A stretch of DNA of 64,000 bases, taken from assembly GCA_934636105.1 (NCBI GenBank), contig CAKTZR010000013.1, positions 6,019 to 70,018 of the forward strand, written 5' to 3'. Under the pieces are notes generated by a model, which made no database searches, was not told the DNA's origin, and was given only the letters and a program-made list of their open reading frames with translations. Shown piece after piece: positions 44,001 to 50,751 of this stretch. Made by a program: the position numbers and the translations under genes. This stretch comes from an uncultured Clostridia bacterium (lineage in GTDB: Bacteria; Bacillota; Clostridia; Christensenellales; Aristaeellaceae). Within the stretch, counting starts at the first letter, position 1. Every line of letters begins with the position of its first letter.

Positions 44001-44928
44001 TCAGAAGTTCTGGAAGACGCTCGTTCCACTGTTTTTCTCCGGCGCGTTCATGGGCTTGGCGATTGCCAGCAAATGGATTGGCTGCTACGGTGCGGTCGGG
44101 CTGGCGGTGCTGTTCTTTTCCCGGTTCATCACGTTGTACAGACAGAGCATCTATGCGAAAGCGCATCGGGATGAGAACCCGGCCTTTGCGCGCGCGGCGG
44201 ACAGCTTTGTGCAGAAGGGCGCGGCAACGCTCGCGGCCTGCGTGGTCTTCTTTGTGATTGTGCCGGTCGTGATTTACTGCCTGAGCTATATTCCGTATTT
44301 GAGCGCTTACGGCGAGGTGAAGCTGAACCTCAAGACGCTTGAACGCATCTGGAACGCGCAGGTGACGATGTTTGAATATCACAAGAACCTCGTTGCGACG
44401 CACTATTTCTCCTCGCCGTGGTACGAGTGGCCGCTCATCATCAAGCCGATGTGGTATTACAGTGCGGCGTTCCCGGAGATGGGCAAGGCGAGCACGATTA
44501 TGGCGTTTGGCAACCCGGCGGTCTGGTGGACGGGGTTTGTCGCCATCCTCTTTGTGCTGGGATACAGCGCCTATCGCAATGCCCTGCCGATGCTGCGCGT
44601 CACGCGCGGGCGGGACGATGAATACGACCGCGCGATGCCGATTATCGCGGTCGGTTTCCTGTCGGCCTATCTGCCGTGGGTGCTGGTCAGCCGCCTGACG
44701 TTTATCTATCACTATTTCGCCAGCGTGCCGTTTATCATTCTGGCGACGGCGCAGGGCCTGCGCTATCTGGAACGCCGAAATAAGAAGCTCAGCTGCGGCC
44801 TGACGATCGCGCTGTGCGTGGCCGCCGTGGCGCTGTTCATCGCGTTCTATCCCTATGCGTCGGGGCTGGAGGTCTCCCGCGAGTGGCTGGCGAAGATGAA
44901 CTGGTTTAAGAACTGGATGTGGTATTGA
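41008..44928 (+). CDS. Giant polytopic membrane glycosyltransferase: N-terminal CBM-like domain, GT-C module 1, discoidin-like domain and a PMT/GT39-type module 2
   Basis: 1306 aa. Signal-anchor. NLIANGDFSILEDG...WFTDVSLEQ (CBM4/9-like jelly roll). A block of ~10-12 TM segments (aa ~225-650). A second block begins with a TM segment and a ~170-aa beta-rich insert, then YFDEIYHARTGYEH (the loop-1 DE motif of PMT/GT39), HPPLGK and many TM segments. Confidence 0.65.
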   Translation: MKKKPWIVVLLVLLVLAAGSFALLSGGANEAVPQTGNLIANGDFSILEDGQAAGWETGMWVTSAGASYLEAVTLADGTTAALVENAASNDARFEQTVAVRENTTYKLTARVMAEGCGEGMKGANVSFSGIYGTSRDLHDTDGQWETLTLYGRTGKGQKEVTVMARLGGYGAENTGKAWFTDVSLEQVETVPVGETVLDLATPAPSKKTDTSEPKTAKDMSIPLLIGAACVYLALAAALVRGLSGRKLNARAGLLATLLVALAIRVILAFTVEGYGVDMGCFGAWAGKMAAGGPENFYEEGYFCDYPPAYMLVLWLFGLLGRLFGLGTGSMAFQGLMKLAPIACDLALAAVCFRYAKDKLGEGMALAVSGLLALNPAFIVTSSCWGQIDSVLALLLVLMLLYAREGQWHIAIPIFALAVLAKPQAGLLAPLGVAALLKETRLGGKRGKSIGLGLLGGVAVTLAVVLPFAWGENIFTWLVDKYAATLSGYPHATLSTGNLMFLLGGNWVDESTALIGSITYGQIGFALMLLSFAAGIAVYFMGRGRSRLFLSAALTMQLLFALTTKMHERYILPALALLFFAFMETGDIRLLISGALASAASAVNIGVVLAYDYLIAPNTWLGYVLGVVQLAAAALTAYAAVRLSMGAQPMTLSERRAKAAAAPEESDEKSVCAAEKRERDELLHPQDYRLHLKKRDFAIMAALTLVYSVVAFVHLGTTKAPQTGYVSTAAGETVVLDLGENQEDFHLYYYGGISDTQFTVATSVDGVTYTEEIGAFFDRGECFKWLALREPTYNADGVVAGASGGMLALNGRYIRLTFDGAGSALWEVAAVDGNGHAIPVVSIAAEGAVEGRAADPNTLIDEQDTVPEKPTYENSMYFDEIYHARTGYEHAHSLYTYETTHPPLGKVFMSWCIDLMGMTPFAWRFAGTLTGILMIPAIYLLAMQLMKRTRWAALCALLLTADCMHFTQTRIATIDSFPVLFMMVMFLFMARWMQMSFYHQKFWKTLVPLFFSGAFMGLAIASKWIGCYGAVGLAVLFFSRFITLYRQSIYAKAHRDENPAFARAADSFVQKGAATLAACVVFFVIVPVVIYCLSYIPYLSAYGEVKLNLKTLERIWNAQVTMFEYHKNLVATHYFSSPWYEWPLIIKPMWYYSAAFPEMGKASTIMAFGNPAVWWTGFVAILFVLGYSAYRNALPMLRVTRGRDDEYDRAMPIIAVGFLSAYLPWVLVSRLTFIYHYFASVPFIILATAQGLRYLERRNKKLSCGLTIALCVAAVALFIAFYPYASGLEVSREWLAKMNWFKNWMWY

Positions 44929-44930
44929 CC

Positions 44931-45752
44931 ATGCAGAATCTTCATGCGCACAGCGTCTTTTGCGACGGCCAAAACACGCCGGAGGAGATGATTCGCGCCT
45001 GTCTGATGGCGGGCATGGATTCGGCAGGCCTGAGCATCCACAGTCCGCTTCCGTTTGCCAACGAGTGGGCGGCCAAGGCGGAGAACGTTGAACCGTTTCT
45101 GGCCGAAATGCGGCGGCTCAAGGCGAAATACGCCGGGCAGATTGCCGTATATGTGGGCGTGGAATGGGATGTGCTCAGCGACGCAAGGTGGCTCGAACTG
45201 TTTGATTATGCCATCGGCTCGGCGCATTTTCTGCCCGTTGGCGACGACCCGGCGGCTTATCCCACCGTGGACGACAGCCCGGAGACGACGCGCCGCTTTT
45301 TAGCGGAATACTTTGACGGCGACAGCGACGCGGCGGCGGAATGCTATTTTGGCCAGCTCAAGTGCGTTGCCGACGAGACGCGTGCGCAGATTGTCGGGCA
45401 TTTCGACCTGCTGACCAAGTTTGACGAGAAGGAACGCTTCTTTGATGAAACCAGCCCGCGCTATCGGGCCGCCGCGCTGGACGCGATGGATGCGCTCGTC
45501 GCGGCGGGCAAAATCTTCGAAGTGAATACCGGGGCCATCAGCCGCGGCTGGCGGACTGCGCCGTATCCCTCCCGATGGATTTTGGAACAGCTCAAAAAGC
45601 GAAACGCCCGCATGACGATTTCTTCCGATTCGCACAGCGTTCACACTGTGGATTGCGCATTCGAGCAGGCTAAAGCGCTGCTTGAAGCTTGCGGATTTGA
45701 GGAAATCTGGGTGTTTGACACAGACACGTTTGGGCAGCAGAAAATCGAATAA
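44931..45752 (+). CDS. PHP-family histidinol-phosphatase-like hydrolase (HisJ type)
   Basis: 273 aa from the ATG at 44931, 2 nt after the upstream stop. MQNLHAHSVFCDGQNTPEEMI..., ...GLSIHSP..., VGVEWD and a C-terminal SSDSH are typical PHP metal ligands. Confidence 0.75.
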   Translation: MQNLHAHSVFCDGQNTPEEMIRACLMAGMDSAGLSIHSPLPFANEWAAKAENVEPFLAEMRRLKAKYAGQIAVYVGVEWDVLSDARWLELFDYAIGSAHFLPVGDDPAAYPTVDDSPETTRRFLAEYFDGDSDAAAECYFGQLKCVADETRAQIVGHFDLLTKFDEKERFFDETSPRYRAAALDAMDALVAAGKIFEVNTGAISRGWRTAPYPSRWILEQLKKRNARMTISSDSHSVHTVDCAFEQAKALLEACGFEEIWVFDTDTFGQQKIE

Positions 45753-45795
45753 AAAACAGCCCCACAGTTTCGGATGAATGCCGACTGTGGGGCTG
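45751..45795. terminator. Hairpin terminator between convergent genes (U-tract on the minus strand: terminates the pxp operon)
   Basis: 12-bp perfect stem CAGCCCCACAGT / ACTGTGGGGCTG. AAAAAA at 45751-45756 gives a U-run for the minus-strand transcript. Confidence 0.65.
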
Positions 45796-45884
45796 ATTGG
45801 ATATACGGGGAAAAAGTTTGATCGCGTGTGCAGAACTTTGTTTTTTCGGACTTGGACGGAAGTACAGGCGGGCTTGGCGCGATT

Positions 45885-46640
45885 TTACAGCGCTTTCAGC
45901 GCAACGCCTTTCGCTTCCAGCGCGGCACGAATCTTCTGCACAAAGAGCAGCGCTTTTTCGCCGTCGCCATGAACGCAGATGGAATCCGCGCGGAGGGGAA
46001 CGTCCGTGCCGTCCACGGCGGTGACAACGCCCTCGGTGACCATGCGCACGACGCGCTCGATGGCCTGCGTTTCATCGGTAATCATGGCGCCGGGCTTGCT
46101 TCTGGGGACGAGCGTGCCGTCGGGCTGATAGCCGCGGTCAGCGAAAACCTCGCTGGCGGCGCGCAGCCCGGCTTTTTCGGCGGCCAGCAGCATTTCGCTT
46201 CCGCTGAGCGCCAGAAGGGTGAGGTGATCATCCACCTCGCAGATGCCCTCGACGATGGCGCGCGCCAGCTTTTCGTCCTTCGCCGCCATGTTGTAAAGCG
46301 CGCCGTGCGGCTTGACGTGGTGCATCTGCACGCCTGCGGCGCGGCAGAAGGCTTCCAGCGCGCCGAGCTGATACTGGATATACGCTTTCGCTTCGGCGGG
46401 AGAAACGTTCATGCTGCGGCGGCCAAAGCCCATCAGATCCGGAAAGCCGGGATGCGCGCCGACATGCACGCCCGCTTCGCGGCAGCGCGCGACGGTTTTC
46501 GCCATCACGAGCGGATCGCCCGCGTGATAGCCGCAGGCGACGTTGGCGGAGGTAATCAGCGGGATGACAGCTTCATCCATGCCGATGGTATACGCGCCGA
46601 AGCTCTCGCCGAGGTCACAGTTCAAGTCAACAGAAATCAT
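45885..46640 (-). CDS. pxpA: 5-oxoprolinase subunit A (LamB/YcsF family)
   Basis: 251 aa. MISVDLNCDLGESFGAY...ITSANVACGYHAGDP...VKPHGALYN is the canonical PxpA signature. Confidence 0.92.
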   Translation of the reverse strand: MISVDLNCDLGESFGAYTIGMDEAVIPLITSANVACGYHAGDPLVMAKTVARCREAGVHVGAHPGFPDLMGFGRRSMNVSPAEAKAYIQYQLGALEAFCRAAGVQMHHVKPHGALYNMAAKDEKLARAIVEGICEVDDHLTLLALSGSEMLLAAEKAGLRAASEVFADRGYQPDGTLVPRSKPGAMITDETQAIERVVRMVTEGVVTAVDGTDVPLRADSICVHGDGEKALLFVQKIRAALEAKGVALKAL

Positions 46641-46650
46641 AAGCCTACCT

Positions 46651-46798
46651 CCTTGGGGAACGATTGAGGCTCTGCCTCAAACTCCGGTCGGGAACTGAGT
46701 TCCCGACACCTTCCACCTACCGCTTCGCGGTATGCCGCGAAGCGAAGATGGGAGTCTGAGGGATGAAATCCCTCAGGCAGGTTTGGGCGGCAGCCCAA
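46651..46798 (+). repeat. Modular hairpin repeat, five-hairpin copy inside the pxp operon
   Basis: TTGAGGC-TCT-GCCTCAA, TCGGGAAC-TGA-GTTCCCGA, CGCTTCGCGG-TAT-GCCGCGAAGCG, CTGAGGGAT-GAA-ATCCCTCAG and TTGGGC-GGCA-GCCCAA. Read on the minus strand, it ends in ...CCCCAAGGAGG 7 nt before the pxpA ATG. Confidence 0.85.
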
Positions 46799-46810
46799 CG
46801 TCTTCTTTTT

Positions 46811-47608
46811 TTACAGCTTCAGGACGGCGTTTTTTACGTCCGTGATGAACATGTGCCCCGGCGCATGCGTGATGACAAACGGCGGCTTGGAGTGCATGAC
46901 GACCGCCTGCGGGGTCACGCCGCAGGGCCAGAAGACTGGCACTTCACCGTCGCGAATCGTCACCGCGTCGCCGTAATCCGGATGCGTGAGATCATGAATG
47001 CCGATGACTTCCGGATAGCCGATTTGAATCGGCATGCCGTGAACGCGCGGCATCTGTGCCGTGATGGCGACGGCGGCCGGAACGAGCGCGTGCGGAATCG
47101 GGCGCATGCTCACGACCATGTTGCCGGAAAACACACCCGCGGGCGCGCAGGGGATGTTCGTGTTGTACATCGGCACGTTCACGCCTTCTTCAATCTGGCG
47201 GACGGGCACGCCCGCTTCCAGCAGCGCGCTTTCAAACGAGAAGCTGCACCCGATCAAAAAGCTGACCAGCTCGCGGCGCGGGTCGTCAAAAAACGCCGAT
47301 ACGTCCGTGTATTCGCCCGTCATTACGCCGTTTTCGTAGACGCGGTATTTCGGAATATCGCGCGCAATATCGCTCCCTTCGCCGAAAACGGGGAAGGTGC
47401 GGCTGCCCGCGTCCGCGACTTCCAGCAGCGGACAGGACTTCGGGTTGCGCTGGCAGAACAGCAGAAAATCCCACGCCAGCTCCTTGGGCAGCACGACGAG
47501 GTTGCCCTGCGCATAGCCGTCGCACATGCCGGTGGTCGGCGTGGTGATCTGGCCTTCGCGGATGAGGGCGCGCACAGCCTTCGGGCTGGCGGATGCGTAA
47601 TCAGTCAT
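46811..47608 (-). CDS. DUF1445/YcsI-family putative hydro-lyase (D-glutamate-cyclase-like domain)
   Basis: 265 aa. ...IREGQITTPTTGMCDGYAQGNLVVLPKELAWDFLLFCQRNPKSCPLLEV... and ...HAPGHMFITD are typical of the UPF0317/DUF1445 family. Confidence 0.8.
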   Translation of the reverse strand: MTDYASASPKAVRALIREGQITTPTTGMCDGYAQGNLVVLPKELAWDFLLFCQRNPKSCPLLEVADAGSRTFPVFGEGSDIARDIPKYRVYENGVMTGEYTDVSAFFDDPRRELVSFLIGCSFSFESALLEAGVPVRQIEEGVNVPMYNTNIPCAPAGVFSGNMVVSMRPIPHALVPAAVAITAQMPRVHGMPIQIGYPEVIGIHDLTHPDYGDAVTIRDGEVPVFWPCGVTPQAVVMHSKPPFVITHAPGHMFITDVKNAVLKL

Positions 47609-48608
47609 GGTCGATCTCCTCCTTGAGATAAGCCCATTTGTCTTTTTCCTTCTTGCAGGCGGCTGCTCCCTCCTCCACGGTCACGACGCGGAAGCCGACG
47701 AGCTGGCCGGGGCGAACCTGTGCCAGCGCCGGAATATCGCACGGGATGACCGTCGCGATTTTGGCATAGCCGCCCGTGCTCTGGTGGTCGGCAAGCATCA
47801 CAATTGGCTGGCCGTTTGCGGAAATCTGCACCGAACCTTCTACAATGCCGTCCGAGAGGATATCCACGCCCGCCTTGGCCTCAATCGCCGCGCCGCTGAG
47901 CTTGGCGGCCATGCGGTTGGAATCCTGCGTGACGGTGTAGAGCGCGGATTTGAAATCAAACAGACCTTTTTCGGTGAACAGGTCATCCTGCGGGCCGAGC
48001 ACGACGCGCAGCAGAGGGAACTTCTGCGCGCCGATGAAGCCGTGCGGAGTCAGCGTGGTCAGCGCCCAATCTTCCAGACTGGCGGCCTGCACGCGCTTTT
48101 GGAGCGGCACAAAGCGCTCCTGCGGGAGCTCAAACGCGCGAAGAACGGGCAGAACGTCGCCAGCTTGGAGTGCGCGGCCGTTTAACCCGCCGATGCGGCA
48201 TTTGAGATCGGTGGAGCGGCTGCCAAGCACGGGGCGAATATCAAATCCGCCGAACACGGCCAGATAGCCGCGCAGGCCGGAAGCGAGCATGCCGATTTCC
48301 AGCGTGTCTCCGGGGGCGAGCAGAATCGGTTCGAACATGTTAACAGCGTTTCCGTTGACCTTCGGCTGACTTTCGCCGCCTGTCAGCGCGATGAGCGTAT
48401 AATCCTCTGCGCGGAGGGTCGGCCCGGCCAGCGTGTATTCCAGCCCCGCCATGTGCGGACAGTCGCCGTTGCCGCAGAGCAGATTTGCCAGCGCCAGCGC
48501 GTATTTGTCGCATGCGCCGCATTCGGGGTAGCCCTCCGCCTGATGGCCGAAGCGGCCAAAATCCTGAACGGTGGTCAACGGGCCGGACGAAACGATTTTA
48601 AGCGCCAT
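47601..48608 (-). CDS. pxpC: 5-oxoprolinase subunit C (KipA/allophanate-hydrolase-subunit-2 family)
   Basis: 335 aa from the ATG at 48608 (MALKIVSSGPLTTVQDFGRFGHQ...). ...STGGYAKIATVI... is present. 11-nt overlap with pxpB. The track's 36-aa N-terminal extension is rejected. Confidence 0.88.
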   Translation of the reverse strand: MALKIVSSGPLTTVQDFGRFGHQAEGYPECGACDKYALALANLLCGNGDCPHMAGLEYTLAGPTLRAEDYTLIALTGGESQPKVNGNAVNMFEPILLAPGDTLEIGMLASGLRGYLAVFGGFDIRPVLGSRSTDLKCRIGGLNGRALQAGDVLPVLRAFELPQERFVPLQKRVQAASLEDWALTTLTPHGFIGAQKFPLLRVVLGPQDDLFTEKGLFDFKSALYTVTQDSNRMAAKLSGAAIEAKAGVDILSDGIVEGSVQISANGQPIVMLADHQSTGGYAKIATVIPCDIPALAQVRPGQLVGFRVVTVEEGAAACKKEKDKWAYLKEEIDHD

Positions 48609-49290
48609 GGCGTTTTGCCTCCTCGTCTCTGCGAATGCGCGCAAATTCGGCTTCATTGATGGGCACAAACCGGATGCGGTCGCCCGCCGCATAGGGCAGA
48701 GATTCGCCCGGCGCAAAGAGCGTCAGCGGCGTTCGGCCGATGAGCTGCCAGCCGCCGGGGGATTCCATCGGATAAATGCCCGTCTGCTTGCCGCCGATGC
48801 CTACGCTGCCCGCCGGAATTTTGGTGCGCGGGGTGGGCAGGCGCGGCGTGTGCAGCCGCTCATCCAGCCCGCCCAAATACGGGAACCCCGGCAGAAAGCC
48901 AAGCATATAGATGCGGTAGGGCCGGGCGGTGTGCAGCGCGATGACCTCCTGCTCGCTTAGGCCCGCGTGCTGGGCGACGAAGGGCAGATCCTCGCCGTAG
49001 GCCCCGCCGTAACAGACGGGAATTTCGACGATCCGGCCCGACTGCACCGTGGACGCGGAAAACGTCTTTTCCAGCCTGCGCAGCGCTTCGCAGAGCGCGG
49101 CATAATCGGTTAAAAACGGATCGTATTTGACGAGCAGCGAAGCATAAGCGGGAATGGTTTCCTCCACGCCGCTGATGTGCGCGGCGGCAATCGCTTCCCG
49201 GAGTGCGGCAACCTGTGCGCCGGTCTGTTCGGAAATGGAGTCGCCGAGCACGGCCAGAACGCCGCTCACGCCGACGGGGCGCAAATCCAT
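48598..49290 (-). CDS. pxpB: 5-oxoprolinase subunit B (KipI/allophanate-hydrolase-subunit-1 family)
   Basis: 230 aa. ...PAYASLLVKYDP...VEIPVCYGG..., ...YMLGFLPGFPYLGGLD... and GSVGIGGKQTGIYP are characteristic. Confidence 0.9.
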   Translation of the reverse strand: MDLRPVGVSGVLAVLGDSISEQTGAQVAALREAIAAAHISGVEETIPAYASLLVKYDPFLTDYAALCEALRRLEKTFSASTVQSGRIVEIPVCYGGAYGEDLPFVAQHAGLSEQEVIALHTARPYRIYMLGFLPGFPYLGGLDERLHTPRLPTPRTKIPAGSVGIGGKQTGIYPMESPGGWQLIGRTPLTLFAPGESLPYAAGDRIRFVPINEAEFARIRRDEEAKRHGA

Positions 49291-49364
49291 AGTGTCACGT
49301 CCTTTGTATCACCTTTTATGCCTCCCCTTGCGAGGGGAGGGGAACCGTCACGGCGGCGGAAGGG

Positions 49365-50429
49365 TTATTCAAAAAAGTGCTTTTCCAGAACCGGGCCGAA
49401 CCAGCGATCGGAATTATGCGAATAGCGAAGCGCATAGTCGGTGCATTGGCGCATCAGACTGAGGATGGAAACATTCATTTTCAAATTGAAACCGTCGATA
49501 CCGGGCAGCAGCGAACCGGTCATGTCAATCATGCCGCTGCGGGCCGCCGCACGCATGACTTCGGCTTCCATTTCCTCCGTGTGGAGAATGTCAATGTTGC
49601 GCAGCAGATACGCCAGCGCGGCCATCAGGCCGTAGCAGCCCCAATCCGAGCAGGTCGCGGTGATGATGCTGTCCGTCGTGGTCGCGGCGAGAATGCCGCC
49701 CTTGCAGCCGCAGCTGCATTCGCCGTGCGCGGTGAAGGGAACGAAGGAGCGGATGTGATCGGCGATTTTGCCCATGCCGATTTCGTTGCCCAAATCGCCG
49801 ATAGCCACGCTCGGCACGCCCAGCGCGCGAAGCTTGTTCCAAAGCGCGTCGGTTTTGGCTTCCAAAACGGAGACGTCCATGCCGCCCGCGTTGTGGTAAA
49901 CACCCACGTCGTTCGCGCCCGGCGCTTCGATGGAGACGACCGCGGCGGGTTTGCCCTGCGCCAAAATGGCGTCGGCCGCAGCGTCGGCGTGGCTCATGTC
50001 CTTGGTGAAGCTCACCACGCCCATGCTCATCGGCAGTTCGCGCACGGTGGCGATATCTTCGTAGATGTGCAGGCCGACGACGGCGGCGCAGTTCTTGACG
50101 GCCTGTACGCTGTCCACCGGGCAGATGATGACAGGCTTTGCGTCGAAGGCCAGCACGAGCGCGCGGGCCAGCAGCATGGAGGAAACCATGCCGTCCATCT
50201 CCGGCACCTTGTGCGGCAGAAGCACAAAGCCCGTCAGAATGTATACCAGATCGCCGGGTTTCACGGCGTCCACGAGCGTCTGCGCGGCGTGCATGGTCAG
50301 CGGTTCGCCCGTGGCCTCGCGGCTTCCGGCATAGAGGATGCGGCATACGCCGTAGCCCCGCGGATCGAGGTTCATCAGTGCATCCAGATTTTCGCCCACA
50401 TTTCTTTTTTCCAGTTCATCGCGGTTCAT
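49365..50429 (-). CDS. DUF4392-family protein (D-glutamate-cyclase-like C-terminal-domain family)
   Basis: 354 aa from the ATG at 50429 (AAAGGTGGA RBS). ...NLDPRGYG...GDLVYILTGF... and ...IGDLGNEIGMGKI... match what I recall of DUF4392 proteins. The family call is moderately confident. Confidence 0.6.
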   Translation of the reverse strand: MNRDELEKRNVGENLDALMNLDPRGYGVCRILYAGSREATGEPLTMHAAQTLVDAVKPGDLVYILTGFVLLPHKVPEMDGMVSSMLLARALVLAFDAKPVIICPVDSVQAVKNCAAVVGLHIYEDIATVRELPMSMGVVSFTKDMSHADAAADAILAQGKPAAVVSIEAPGANDVGVYHNAGGMDVSVLEAKTDALWNKLRALGVPSVAIGDLGNEIGMGKIADHIRSFVPFTAHGECSCGCKGGILAATTTDSIITATCSDWGCYGLMAALAYLLRNIDILHTEEMEAEVMRAAARSGMIDMTGSLLPGIDGFNLKMNVSILSLMRQCTDYALRYSHNSDRWFGPVLEKHFFE

Positions 50430-50469
50430 AGCGTATCCACCTTTCGCGTTATCGTGCATGATCGGACTC

Positions 50470-50498
50470 ATTATACATGCACGAAATGGAAAAATCAA
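50470..50498 (-). promoter_or_regulatory. Sigma-A-type promoter of the DUF4392-pxpBC-DUF1445-pxpA operon
   Basis: On the minus strand: TTGATT, 17 nt, TATAAT, about 35 nt upstream of the ATG at 50429. Confidence 0.6.
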
Positions 50499-50570
50499 GC
50501 GAAACGGGACGATATTTTGAATTGAACGTTAATCGGACTGTCAAAACGAAGAAAAGAAAGGAAAACAGAG

Positions 50571-50599
50571 AAAAAACGCCGCCCAGAGATAGGACGGCG
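50571..50599 (-). terminator. Rho-independent terminator ending the dlt-like operon
   Basis: On the minus strand: CGCCGTCC-TATCTCT-GGGCGGCG followed by TTTTTT (plus-strand A-run 50571-50576). Confidence 0.5.
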
Positions 50600-50751
50600 C
50601 GCGAATGGATAGAATAAAACGGGGGTGAAAGTATGCTGCTTGGTTTTGCCGTTGGCCTGGGGCTCGCGGCGATTATTCTTCTGGCCCTTGCGCTCTGCCG
50701 CATTTCCGCACGAGCGGAACGGACGGCGCAGCGTATGGAACAGGAGAAGCG

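Noticed and set aside
40585-44712. 1375-aa minus-strand ORF, the longest in the track
   Set aside because: It is the antisense shadow of the 1306-aa glycosyltransferase gene. Its translation is low-complexity and rich in Arg, His, Gln and Ala. It has no RBS, motifs or TM logic. The plus-strand frame has TM helices, a PMT DE motif and an SD.
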